Below are positions 15,104 to 29,500 of a DNA stretch of 64,000 bases, in pieces. The stretch lies in assembly GCF_009914755.1 (NCBI RefSeq), contig NC_060932.1. One strand, 5' to 3'. Under the pieces are notes generated by a model. The model was not told where the DNA came from, ran no database searches, and worked only from the letters and a program-made list of their open reading frames with translations. Both the position numbers and the translations under genes were made by a program. Each line of letters starts with the position of its first letter. The first letter of the stretch is position 1. Source of the stretch: the human T2T-CHM13v2.0 reference genome, Homo sapiens.

Positions 15104-15122
15104 TGGCCAGGAGGGGGCAGCA
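15104..15122 (+). promoter_or_regulatory. Candidate CTCF motif in a CpG-enriched patch
   Basis: TGGCCAGGAGGGGGCAGCA closely follows the CTCF core (CCASYAGRKGGCRS) and is surrounded by retained CpGs. Confidence 0.6.
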
Positions 15123-15536
15123 GAGGCCCGGCGTAGCCCCGCGCTTCTCACGCCTCACCAGCAACCGCAGGAACCCACTTTCTAAGACAGGAGAACAATC
15201 ATTAATTTATACAGCTAAAATAAATACGGAAACCCTCCTTAACCTGAGAAGAGGAAACGCCCCTTAGTTTCTTGCATATTTCAATTTACCCTTAACATAT
15301 GAACTTAATTTCAGACGGAGACCACGTTATCAGTCCCACTGATGGACAAGGATGTGGCGCTGAACGTGGGGCTAGAGATTCTCCTGGGGGTCTTGACGTG
15401 AGAGCCGCCCCCAGCTGCTTTCTTCCTGGTTTTCTGCTTCTCTTCCTGCTTTGGTTTCCTCTCTCTACATTCTCACCAATTATTCCTGTTCTTCCTTTTC
15501 GTCTGTCCTTTGTCACTTCAGTTTCCTTCCCTATAG

Positions 15537-16037
<501 letters not shown>

Positions 16038-18629
16038 TAAGCAAGGGTTTGCGGCCAGGAGTCTTGGGGAGAGCCAATAGCAGCCTTCTGTCTGCAGCAT
16101 CCAGGCTGTCTTTGCAAACAATTCCAGTCAAGGTCAACAGTCACGAATATGCCCTTAAATCAGTCTCCATCACCTCCATGCTTCCACCTTCAGTATTCTT
16201 TCCTCACCTTCGGCCATCTTCCATCCAAGCCCAGGTTGGGGAGGACAAAAGGGAACTGACACAAGGAAGCCTGCTTTGTAGCTGCACGTGGCTCTAAAGC
16301 GGCAGATGCAGGGGCCTCAGGACAGGAACCAGTGCGAGCTGTCCAGGCCCACTGGATACCTAACCTCTGTCAGGCAGCAGGCAAGGAAGGCTTTTGCAGA
16401 TGCAGATGTGAGGGATGACCACAGTGGTACCAGGAAAACCCTGCCGCCTCTTCTCACCCATGTCTGGCATCCATTTATAGACTCCAAAGCTGAGCCTGCT
16501 GGAAGTAAGAGTTAAGGTTGCCAGCCAAACATCCCCTCACAGGCTTCATTCACAGTGAGACAAACACGGTGAAAACATTGATGCAGGAATTTTTTCGTAC
16601 ATCATTTTCTCTTTTACTCCTGAGAGCAACACTGCGAGGAAGGGGACTATCATTTTATTTGTATCCCCATTTTACAGATGGGGAACTCAGCCTCCAAGCT
16701 CAGGCAGGAGGGACACAAAGGGAGTGAGAAGTCAGACACTGTGCTGAGAGCACTGGAGCCTTGGAAGAGAATCTGCAGAGAATGAGGTGTGGTCAGAGCC
16801 AGAGGGAGAGCAGGGAAGGCAGCCTGGCCTGCTGCTCTCAGTTCAGCTGGGAGAAGTAAATGTCTTCCCTTCTCTTCCTCTGGAGTCTGACATTTGGCAG
16901 AGAAAATCTCAGTAACATTCCAGATAGCTCCCAGATACCCCTGCTGGCTCCTGCTCTAATTACAGCTGTCAATGGACAGCTTTCAGAGCATCTGTAGCCC
17001 TCAAAATGTCCTAGAAGGTAGCACTAGACTCTCTTTCTTAGAATCCTTGTCTGTCTGCCATTGAATAGCGATGCATAGAAACATTTTTCCTAGCTAGGTG
17101 AAGGCAGAATTGAATTGTCTAAAAGACAGGCATTGTTACGTCATAGTTAGCTGCACTTGTCCTAACCCTTGGCCACCATTACTGATCTTCGATCTTAAGA
17201 AGGAGACATAACCTTAAAAGGCAGTGACAGACCTCAAACTGCGTGAGGATCCTACTGACCCTCAATTGAAAAGCCTCAGATGTTAAAGCACCCACTGTGT
17301 GCCAGGGGTTTCTTTATTTTCTATGAGTCAGCCCCAAAAAGGATGTTTGAGTCATCTCCTAATGAGAACTGTTCCATCCACTAAGAACAGGGTTGACAAA
17401 TCATTTTTTATCTTGAAAACCCACTAGGATGGATTGGTTAAGGCTGCCAGGAATGCGTTATTGAAAAGAATCCAGATTGCAGCCAAGTTAACTGGGGGGA
17501 AATGCCATTATTGATTCGTGATGTCTGTCACAGGTGCAGGAAAAGACCAACCATTTGCCATTCCCTTGGAACCCAGACATGAGAACATAAGTCAGAGCTA
17601 AAATCGTTTTTCTAAATCTTCCTCTTCCTGATTTGACTCATGCCAAGCTCTTTCAAAAATTTGATTAGCTGGAAATTTCAGGAAACCTTAAGAAGGACCT
17701 ATTATTCTTTCATCTAACAGAAAGGAAATTTGTACATCAGAGTTCGGAGTGATTTGCTTATGGCTACAAAATAACTCCCTGCAGAGCTAGAAAGAGGATT
17801 TTGGTCTCTCAACTCCCAGCCTGCTACATCCTCCACTGTGCCACTTTCTACTTTATCTCTGGTAAATCAAAGAGTGAATCTTTATGGACATTTGTGCTAT
17901 TCTTTTACCTGATTACAACCCGTCCACTTCTGCCAAACCCCACCAACATCAGGGCAAAAGGCTAAATACCATACACCAGGGTCATTCAGGGAATTAAAAC
18001 AAAACTGATGTGTTCATCTTCTCTTTTGAGAGTTGACCACTGTTTTTCTTCATTTAACATTTATACTTTTTCTCTCTCCAAATATGCCATGTGCTTATTT
18101 ACCTATGAGGTGTTAGGCACTATAAACCATGTTGGCAAATGTCAGACTTTTATAAAACACATAAAAAAGTACAAGGAATAATTTCGAAGTCATTCAAAAT
18201 GATTCCATCTCTTAATACTATCTTAATACAAAACTCACAACTATTTAATAGAAGAGCACGGGAGGCAAATAAACACCCTGTGTTGTGAGGCTGCGTTTCA
18301 GGGTCAGCAACTTGACGCAGCTGAGCCAGGCAATGGCAGATATCCTCATGTCCCCTTAGGGGGCCTTCAGTGCTACTCAGCCCTCTGAGCTGGAAAGAGG
18401 CAGCAAGAGCTGTCAGTGAGGAGAAGAAAGCACAGGAGAGGGTACTGGAAGAGTGTGCCCTTCACCATGTAGTCATCGGTACATGCCTTCCAGTACCATT
18501 TTTCTAAGCAAGGATACTGATTATGCCAAACCCCTGTCTAAATACAGCTATGGGCTCCTCATATCCATTACAGGGTAAAGTTCCAACTCTTTAGAAAGGT
18601 AAACCAGGTTCCCCCCAAATCAGATCATG

Positions 18630-18955
18630 TCATGAAAGAAAGGATAAATAACATGATTCAACTATATGCTGTCTACGAGAGACTTACTGTAGATCCAAAG
18701 ATACAAATAGGTTGACAGTGAAAAGATAGAAAATGCTATTCCTCGCAAACAGGAGCCAAACTAGAGCTAGGGTGGCTATAGTAATATTAGACTTTAAAAT
18801 GGACTTCAAGACAAAAATTGTTACAAGACCCAAAAGAGTACATTATCTATTGATGAAAGGGTCAATCCATTAAGAAGACATTATAATTATAAACATGTGC
18901 ATACCTAATATGCACCTAATAGATCTCCAGATACCTAATAGATCTCCAAAATATA
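18630..18955 (+). mobile_element. Old L1M ORF2 endonuclease-domain fragment, within L2-like sequence
   Basis: 'actatatgctgtctacgagagac', 'gacttcaagacaaaaattgttacaaga' and 'aaagggtcaatccattaagaagacat' resemble L1 EN coding sequence, disrupted by stops. Confidence 0.75.
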
Positions 18956-20845
18956 TTAGTTTTCTTTCCTAGGCTTACTTCTTCATTCTTTCTCCCTCCA
19001 GTCACATCAAACTTACAATTTCATCAAAATGTGGCAGGCCTTTCAAAATTCCGTTCTTCTCCATCATATGTTTTCTCTCCCTCATCCAAATGACTCCTCC
19101 TTTCTACTCTTTAAGGCTCAGCTCAAATGTCACCTCCTCTATTAATTCATTTATTCAATAAAATATTTACTTATCATTCATTATATGCCAAGAGTTAGGA
19201 ACAGACATTCCATTGTCCCCTAGGAGCTAATTGTTCATCCTCTCTTGTTCACCAGTCAACATTAGAAAAATCCTTTTGTGCATTCCCATAGGATTTCTTC
19301 TTATCTCCTCATAGAATCCACCCATTCCTTGACATGCACTTACCATTCTATACCCTGGGCATTCAATGATGAACAGAGCACATCACTTTGTGCTTGCACC
19401 CCGTGCCACTGTGTTCTCTTGTAAGCCAATCTGGAGAAGCAGAGATGCTACAATTTTCCTCTTGGGATCACAGTGACCAACCCAAAGGATTGGCTGAAGA
19501 AACTACACATCTCAGATCTATTTCCAGTTCTGCCATTTACTCACTGTAGGAGCTTGGAGAAGTTCTTTCCTCTCCTCAGATTTCAGTGCCTACATCTGTG
19601 AAATGAAGGAATTAAAGCAGATGGTCCCCAAGGCCTGTCAGGGCTATTATCATGGGTTCAGACTTTCAGCCAATAACCCTGGTGGGAGGGTCTGGAAAGG
19701 CTTTCAAAGATAAATAGACTTGATTTCAGACCTCAGCTTTGCCACTTAGCACCTAAGGGATTGTTTCCTCATCTGTAAATAGGGATGAAAATAGCTCCTA
19801 ATTCAGGGATGTTGTGAAAATAAATGCTCACAGACTACACAGTACTGATATGTCTTAACTATTGCAAGAGTGAATTTTAGCTTAGATGGGTGAGGCCAAT
19901 GACTGTGTTCCACCATGTCTCATGGATTTTTTTTTTTTTTTTGCCATTTTATGAGACCTGGGATTCCTTTATTTAGAATGAGCAAATCAACTAAAAATTT
20001 GTAGAACCCCTAGCAAGATGATATCTCAGTTCCCTCACACACTGTCCCTTGCCCCATTGATTCCAGTCTGAGTAACCATCTGTCTGTTTCTGAAGACCTC
20101 CTTTTTGTCAGTATTCCCAGATTCATCCAACCTGCTCTACGCATGCCATATTTGGGTGGGTGATGGTTGTGGTGGAGGCTTCTGCCTAGGATAGAGTTCT
20201 CAGCCTTCACCAGGCCAAGCAGCTCTGTTCCATGCCTATGTCCTCCTCCACACTAACACTGTCATCAGCTAAAATATACAACAGCCCCATTAACACTGCC
20301 TCCAACACCTTCGCTCTATCCCTGTTCTCGTTTGACACTTGCATATAAAAGCAATGCTAGTGAAGCTCTGGCAAGTCACATTCCTTTCTCCCTGCAGGCT
20401 AGAGACAAGCCATTAGCTAGGAACTTCCAGGTCCACATGATCCTCTGGCCACACTAAGTGGGCAGGCACAGTGGGAATCTGAGTCAAGCAAGAAGAGAGA
20501 AACAGTCCATCTCCAGATGTTTTCTCTTTCTTCTCCAGGACAAACCATGTCTCTGATATATCCTGGATGCTAAGGTCAATCTGGTGACATTTAATTTTTC
20601 ATTTGTGGCGTGTATTCTATGTATCAGGCATGCTACGGACTGAAGTATTTGCCTTCTCTTGTGGACTGAGGTCTCATCACTAACAAAGCATTTTATTAAA
20701 CATCCAAAAGTTTCATGCCAGGGTAATAGGTACTACAAAGTGATGTGAGGTTTCACTTTAAGTATCTTCATGTTGCAAGTACCTGCCATGTTTCCCTCAT
20801 AAACGGGTACCAAAAAGGAAAAGATTAAATATTTCAGAGTCCAGC

Positions 20846-21335
20846 TGTGGCAAGTACACTCTAAAATGGCTCTCAGTGATCTTTGCCTTCTGCTCATCAC
20901 ATTCTTAGGTAATTCCCTCTGCTTAAAGTTGGCTGGGACCTGTGCTTTGTTTCCAGTCAATAGACTACAGTAAAGGGTGTCAATTCTGTGATTAGGTTAC
21001 AAAAAATTTCAACTTCTGTCTTACAAGTAGACTGTCTCTCTTGCTGGCTTTGAAGTTGCTGTGCTAGAGAAGCCCGTGTAGTATAGAACCAAATGTGGCC
21101 TCTGGCCAACAACCACAAAAGAAAGCTTGGAAGAGAATCCTTCCTCAGTTGAGCCTTTGGATGAGCCCCCAGCACTGGCCAACACTAACTGTAGCGTTTG
21201 TGAGGGACCCTGAACAGAAGACCTAGGTAAGCTATGATTGGACTCCTGATCCACAGAAAGTGGGAGATAATAAATGTGTGTTGTGTTTAGCTAAGTTTTG
21301 TGGCAGTTTGTTATGCAGGAATAGATAACTAATAC
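20846..21335 (+). mobile_element. MaLR solo LTR (MLT1E/F-like)
   Basis: TGTGG start; 3' end 'taagttttgtggcagtttgttatgcaggaatagataactaatac'. Confidence 0.8.
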
Positions 21336-21425
21336 TAGTTTTCCAGGATCTGAATCTTAGCTCACCGCTTAGCAACGTGATGATATTTGGCAGGTTTATT
21401 TTTCCAAAGTTCAATTTCCTATCTA

Positions 21426-21767
<342 letters not shown>

Positions 21768-22527
21768 TTATCTTAATATTCCTTATTTCAGTCTTCTTAG
21801 TTAAGAGATTGCACAGGACAGCAAAAACCTTTATAACCAAAGGCACTACCCTAATGAAGTCTCCATGCAAACATCCTTGACAATATCACAGCAACCTATA
21901 CCCTGGGCATGTCATGGCTTTGCAAGTCAGTCTCTGCCTCACCATCAGATACACCATTCAGTAGTACAACATGAACCACTTGCAAAGCAAAAAGGCAAAG
22001 TTTACAAAAGATGCAGGATTTCACAAAGTTGATAGAAATGATGATGGAAAGCTGTTTTAAATACAGCAGGGTCATTGACAGGTGACGATCTTGCAAGAAA
22101 AATAATAAAAAAAAACCAACTGATACTTTAAAGGATTAAAAACTTCAACCAATCCTACCCCTAAATGTTGGGAAAATAAAATGTAAAGTCATATTGTATT
22201 ATATAATTTGGCATTAAGAGCATATCCCCCAATTAATACCTGAGTAAGTCTTGTTCATTCTAAAAATTAGAGCACAGTTGCAATTATAACCTAACTTTTT
22301 GTTAAGTGTGAGATACTATAAACACATTTTTGTGTTTTAATAGTTTTTTAAAGACAAAGTACTAATATGATATTTTTGTCTTCCCTCTTTGGTATGAAGT
22401 ATTGGTTCTTGTTTTCAATAGGCTCCCCTTAAGTAGGTTTTTATTGATTCCTATTAACTGTGGAATAAAAGGTTTCTTCTAAATCTACCTCGTGGGATAA
22501 TCAAATGGACTTAAAGAGTATCATTTA

Positions 22528-22860
<333 letters not shown>

Positions 22861-23159
22861 CTAAAAATTCTAGTACATAGTGGGCACTTATCAAATGCTA
22901 GTTTTTTACCTTGTTCCTTCTTATTGTATAATCATAGAAAATACCCCAAAATTGACTTAATACTTGTAGGAACAAAAATAAACTGTCTTTAAAAACTTCC
23001 ATATTCTGGAAATGGGGAAAGAAAATCATACCTATAAATAACACAGACAAATCTATATCTATTTCTAGATCCATATATATGTTTATATCTATATCATATC
23101 CCTATCCATCTATAAATCCACAAAGGTATAAAACAGAGGTAGGTTTTGACCACCTAACC

Positions 23160-23357
23160 CAGGTGTTAGCAAACTATGGCATTCTGCTCATTTTTGTAAA
23201 TAATTTTTTATTATGCCACTGTATTTGTTTAATTATTGTCTATGGTTGCTTTTGTGATGGAGCAGAAGACCTGAGTAGTTGCAATAGAGATGGTCTGGCC
23301 TATAAAGCTTATAATATTTACTACCTTGAGCATTAAGAACAAGTTTGCCAACTTCTG
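23160..23357 (+). mobile_element. MER58-like hAT-Charlie non-autonomous DNA transposon
   Basis: Imperfect terminal inverted repeats caggtgttagcaaact ... agtttgccaacttctg enclosing about 200 bp. Confidence 0.7.
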
Positions 23358-23790
23358 ATGTAAACTATGAGCCAAAGGCAATTTAATTCACTCAGCACCA
23401 CCTGAGGACATGTTACGTGTCTAATATTGTACAGAAAAAAAATATTTAAAACTTAAATATATGGGACCTAATCTTAAAAACACCCCTGTCGTGTTAGATA
23501 ATGGAGCATTTAAAATGATTAGAGGAATAAAATAGGGGAATATACACGTTTTATGGAGGTCTCTTTAAAGAAATTAATATAAATTACGAATAAAATTAGC
23601 TTAGGGCCTGCAGTTTAAGCTTCTTTAGTACTGTGATAAATCTGCCTCTGGAAACATCTATTTAAGTTTCATGATATGTTATCATGCGTTTCTTCCTGAC
23701 TGCCTTATCTTCTCCTTAGTGGTTTTTAACTAAGTCAACGGCTTGTTTGAATTCACTGTTGCTGCCCCAGGTGCATGTTTACAGATAGTG

Positions 23791-26192
23791 TGTCTTAATC
23801 CTTTTTCGGTTGCTATAACAGAATATCACAGACTGAGATTATTTTATAAACAACAGAATTTTATCTAAGAAGCCCATGAGTGTGGTGTGAGCATTTGGTG
23901 AGAGCCTTCTTGTCATGTCATAACATGGCAGAAGGTACCACATAGCTAGAGAGCAGGTGAGCAAGAGAGTAAGAGGGGGCCAAACTCACATTTATAAGAA
24001 ATCCACTCTTGCAATAACAAACAGACACCCCTAAGATAATGGCATTAACATATTTATGAAGGCAGAGCCGCCCTGACCTCATCACCTCGTAAAGGTCCCA
24101 CATTTCTCAACACTGTTGCATTGGGGATTACATTTCCCAAACAAGAACTTCTGGGGACACATTCACTTCATATTGTGCCACCCTTTACTTGCCAAATTCA
24201 TGTCCTTTTCACATGCAAATTACATTCATTCTATCCCAATAGCCCTCAAAGTCTTTAACTCTTTCCACTATCAACTCAAAAATCCAAAGTCTGGAGTCTC
24301 ATTTAAATCAGACATGGGTGAGTGAGACTCACAGCACAATTCATCCTGAGGCAAATACCTCTCCAGCTGTGAGTCTGTGGAATCAAACTAGTTATCTGTT
24401 TCCAAAATGCAATGGTGGGACAGGCACAAGATACGTACTCCCATTCCGAAAAGAAAAAATAGGCAAGAAGAAAAAAAAATAAAGGCCTCAAAGAAGTCCA
24501 AAACTCAACAGCACAGATATTAAACATTAAGATAAGACTCCGGAATAATCTTTCCCTCCATATGCCGCCGCCTGGACACACTGGAGTAGAGGACAGACCC
24601 TCCAGGCCGTGGCCCCTATGTCTTTGCTGCACTCAATCCATCCAGCAGCTCTCCCAGGTTAGAGCCTCATGCCTGCTAGAGTTGCATGTGGGTGGTCCTA
24701 TAGTTCTGGGGTCTCAGGGGCTGCCTACTCTCATGACTTCACTGGGCACTGCCCTAGCGAGGTCTCTCTGTAACTCTGCACCTGTGACAAGTCTCTGCCC
24801 GGGCCCCCAGGCTATATGCAATATCCTTTGAAATCTAGGTGGAGGTCCCCATGCCCCCACAGCTCTTGCATTCTTTATGTCTGCAGAATTAGCTCCACGT
24901 TTAAGTTTCATGGTACGTTATCATGTATTTCTTCATTAATACTGCCAAGGTCCAGGGCTTGCACATTCTGGAGCAGTGGGTTGAGCCACAACTTGTTGAC
25001 CCAATTGGGTCATGGCTGGGGTGGCTGAGGGGTGCTGTGCTGGACTTTGGGGAGCAGAGACCTAAGGCAGGGAATAGCAAATGCTGAGGCACCTCTCTGG
25101 AAGCCTCTCTGGAAAAGAGAGGCACCCAGGCACCTCTCTGGAAATCTTGCTCTCAAAGTCCTAGATTTTGAAGATCTGAAATGCCTTTCAGTTCATTTTC
25201 CCATGGTTTTGATGAATAGAACTAGGCTTCCTTCTATCTATATTAATATCTTTATCAAACTGTGGCTTGATCACACCTTTGGTATTCTCTCTTGAACATG
25301 CTTTTTTGTTCTTTACATGGCCGGACTGGGAGCTTCCTACATCTTTCAATTCTACTTCTCTTTTAATTATAAATTCCTTTATAATTTGACTCATTTCTTT
25401 TTTCTCTCATTTTATTGCAAGAAGGCCAAAAGAAGCCACGCAGCACCTTGAGTGCTTTGCTGCTTAGCTATTTCTTCTGCCAGATATCCTAGTTCATGGC
25501 TCTTAGGTTCTGCCTTCCCTAAAGTCCTAGGGCATGGACACAGTTTAGCCAAGTTCTTTGTCACTTTATAACAAGGACTGCCTTTACTCTAGTTGCCAAT
25601 ACCTTGTTCCTCATTTTCACATAAGACCTCATCCAAATGGCTTTTACCACTTGTATTACAATCTCGGCTCACTGCAACCTCTGCCTCCCGGGTTCAAGCA
25701 ATTCTCTGGATACAGGCTTTTTCTAGCCTGCTCTTCCAAATTCTTGCAGCCTCTGCCCATTACCTAGTTGCAAAGCTGCTTCCACATTTTCAGGTATTTG
25801 CTATAGCAACAGCCCCACCTCTCAGTTCTAATTTTCTGTCTTTGTTTTGTTTTGTCATAATAGAATACCATGGACTGGGCAATTTATTTTAAAAAAATTG
25901 TTTCTCAGAGTTCTGGAGGCTGGGAAGTCCAATACCAAGGTGCTGGCCTCCTGTGAGGGTCTTTTTGCTGGATCATCCCATCCCAAGGTGAGAGGGAGAG
26001 AAAGAGAGCAAGAGAGGGCCAAACTCACTTTTATAACAAACCCGCTCTCAGGAGAACAAACCCCTCCTGAGATAAGAGCATTAATCCATTCCTGAGGGCT
26101 CTGCCTCTTGAAGTTTCCACTTCTCAACACTGTTGCATCGGGGAGTAAGTTTCCATCACATGCACTTTAGGAGACACATTTAAACCATAGCA
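23791..26192 (-). mobile_element. Near full-length MaLR element (MST-type LTR, internal region, LTR)
   Basis: Two similar LTRs (about 23791-24170 and 25837-26192) share 'gggccaaactcac' and 'ttctcaacactgttgcat' and enclose about 1.65 kb of MST-int-like sequence. The end 'aaaccatagca' is the reverse complement of the consensus start tgctatggttt. Confidence 0.85.
25659..25706 (-). mobile_element. 48-bp internal Alu fragment embedded in the MST internal region
   Basis: caatctcggctcactgcaacctctgcctcccgggttcaagcaattctc matches the Alu right arm; no tail and no TSD. Confidence 0.85.
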
Positions 26193-29100
26193 TGATACGA
26201 ACTGTGTGTTACTTTAGGCTTTGAGGCAAACTTCCCTATGACCTGACCAAGCATCATGAGGAGCTCCTGTCAAGGAAGACCCTGGGTCCCTGAACTGGAC
26301 ACATCAGGGTCTCAAACCAGTCTCAGCAAACGACTTCTGGTTCCTCATCTCTAAAGTGAGAATAAAGTGTCTACCTCATAAGAGGATTCAATAAAATAAT
26401 GGATATAAAATCTTTACTGGCAGGCAGTCGTGACTCAGTAAATAGTACTTTCTCTCTGTTTTGCTGACAAAGGCATGCTCCCTTGCAAATTATTTATCAT
26501 TTGAAACATAAATTCAGGAGTCAGACAGGGAATGAGTTTAAATTTTGACTGCATTATTTATTGCTGTGTGACTCTGAGTAAGTAACTTAACCTCTCTGGT
26601 TCTCCAATCCCTTGTGTTTATTATGGGGATAATCATTTAAACTCAAAGGGTTGCTGTGAGAACTAAATATGCCTCCATTTCTCCATCTGTAAAATAGGGA
26701 TAATAAAATGTTTAGTCTAGTGCTTGATAGATTTCAGGGATTATTATTAATGATTGTTATTTTTATTATCACATAACATGGTGCCTGGGGAATTTGTAAA
26801 TTCTTAATAACTGAAAGCAACTGTCACTATTACAATACATTTGGATTTCGTCAAACATATATCTTTGGGGACCTCTACCAAGAGACACTATATTTCATTG
26901 TCTTTCAGATACCATCACTTGTAACACACACAATAATTGTACAAACTACTAAGAAAGGAAAACTGACAATTACCTTATGACAGCCATTGATTGTGTCTCA
27001 CATCCTCATTTTAGAGACGTCAAAGTGGGAAAAATGTGCATCTTAGAACTGATGAAACGGAAGTAGGTAAAAGTTCTTTATAATCAAGTCCTTGAGGACA
27101 AACCCTTTTAAACAGGAGGTGACTCTGGGCATGTCTGAGCTGCGCCGGAGGCAGATCCTGCATCTCCAACACCAGCAATGGCAGGTGCATGAAGGCAGGG
27201 TTTATTTGGCCTAAGCCTTATTCTATGTTTTCATATTCTTCCCCTTCCCACACCACAGCTGTGCACTATCCCTGCCTAGCCTCTGGCACACCTGATCCAC
27301 TAGCAAATGGTGTCCATTTTTCCTTTGAAATAACATCTCACATCTGGTCTACCTCTATGACTAAGGATGGAAAAGGCTCATCTTTCTCCAGCCTCATTCT
27401 GGTCCCCCATTCTCTGCCTAACTCCTGGCCTTGGCTGGGCATCAGGGCAATTGTTCTGCTCCCTGTCTCCTCTCTCTCCTCCTAACCCACCATCTCTTCA
27501 TCCTCCACCCTTCATACACACAGAGCCACTTGGCATTTGGGCAACTTGATTTATTAGAAAGTGAAGGATCTTCTCAGGAGTCAGGTAGATCTAGGTTTAA
27601 CTTCTGAATCACATTTCTAACCATGTGCACTTGGTCACGTTGCCTCATCTCTGGAAACTTCAGACTTTATTTATGAAATGAGGCTAATAAAATGACATTG
27701 TAGATATTTACATACCAGAGCGCTGCTATTCAAGTGCAAATGAAAAGCCAGCATCAGTAAAAGTTGGTAAATTCAGACCCTTTCTCATCATCCTCCATGC
27801 TTGAAATGCAGATCACCCCCTCTCTGTTTTCTTCCTTAATTTTCACCATGGTGATAAGATTATGTCCTCCTACAGAGCATCCTACATGCACAGCACAGCC
27901 CTTCTCTAATGTCCATCCAGGAAAGCTGATCCTGGAAGCTTGGACAATATACAAAAATGCCTGAGCTTCATTTCCAGTTGGCTCACTCTCATCAGGATCA
28001 TTTTTATTGATGTCTTCCTAATTTCTTCAAGAGCTTGTCATAGGACACATTGTATCTGAGAGCTGGATGGGGTTGTGTGGTACTCACCCTCCAAAAAGAT
28101 AAGAAGGTAAACCTTGAACAATCAGAAGAGAGAAGCACCAAGAGAGAAGCTTACTTCTCTTCATTGTAGGAATCTGCATGATCTTCTAAGGTGGGAGAAA
28201 CAAAAGTGTTACTAAAAATCCATAAACCTCAAACCAAAGTCCATTCAGCTTTGTAAACAAAACACTATTTGCTTGCGCTATGGATGGTATTTGTTGAGGT
28301 CTGAATTCATCCTTCCATGGACACCCACTTTGCCATGAAAATGATGCCAAATGTCAGGAGGATGTTTAATTTAACAAACACTTACAGAGCACCTACTATA
28401 GGCATTTATACAGCACTGTCTGTGTACAAGGCACTAAACTAAAAGCAGTGCAGACTTGGGGAAAGAGCGTGAGCTTCAGAACCAGATGCTATCTTTGATC
28501 CCAGCCTCTTATCCTCAAGTTTTTGTGACTCAGGCTAAGGTATTTAATTTAATAAGGTAAATGATCTTAGCCCTAGCCTCCTTATTTGTAAGTTGGTGAC
28601 AGCAGTGTCCACTATGTGAGACTATAGTAGAAACTGGTGAGAAAGGATGCAAAGTCCCTGGAAGACCCTCTTGTAGGTGGAGATATTCAATAGATTGGTT
28701 CAATGACAGTCTTGCTGTGACTGCAGGTATTGGGGACAGCACCCTGCTTCTAGGAAGACCAGGGCAGGAAATATCTAGAACAGCTGTATTAATAGATGTG
28801 CAAGGCAGAGCATCACCTCTCTCTCTAGCAGAAGTCCCTCAGCTGCTCTTCCCTGGACCCAGGGAGAGAAGACTTTGGTATGTGAAGGTGGAAGGTGAGA
28901 AGGTGGTATGAGGAATGGAGAACAGGTTGCATGGCTCCCCTCGACCTCTCACACTTTCCAGAAGAAGAGGACATATCTATAACAGGCTCACAGTAGATAC
29001 AGGCATTTTCTCGTCAGTCCTGCCCCATGTCTTTCCAGCCATAAGGATGTCTCAGAATGGCTTGGGGCTTCTAGTCCAGAGCCTACGATCTAGAGCACCT

Positions 29101-29500
29101 GCTCTGGGTCATCCCTGTCCTTCCACCCTATATCACCTGGGTTTCCACAGCCTCCCAGCCCTCTAATTCTGCCCTGCCAGGCTTTTCTTCAGCATTTCCC
29201 ACTGCAAGTCCAAACTGTTCCAATTTCTGATTGGTTCCTGGTCACTTTGCATGTCCACTGACAGACACCTTGGTCCTATGCATTTCTAGTCCTCTGGGTT
29301 TAAAAGAATCAATTCACAAAAGACAATTTAAAGCAAACAATGGAAATCAAAATAAAAGAATCTTTATATTGAACTCAGAACCTAATAAATCAACTATTTT
29401 CATCTGTCCCCTTTCCAGACCAAGGACACAGTCATATACGAGGTTTACAAAATTGCACTGTTACAATGTGATAGTCCACATTTTATATTATTAAAGCATA

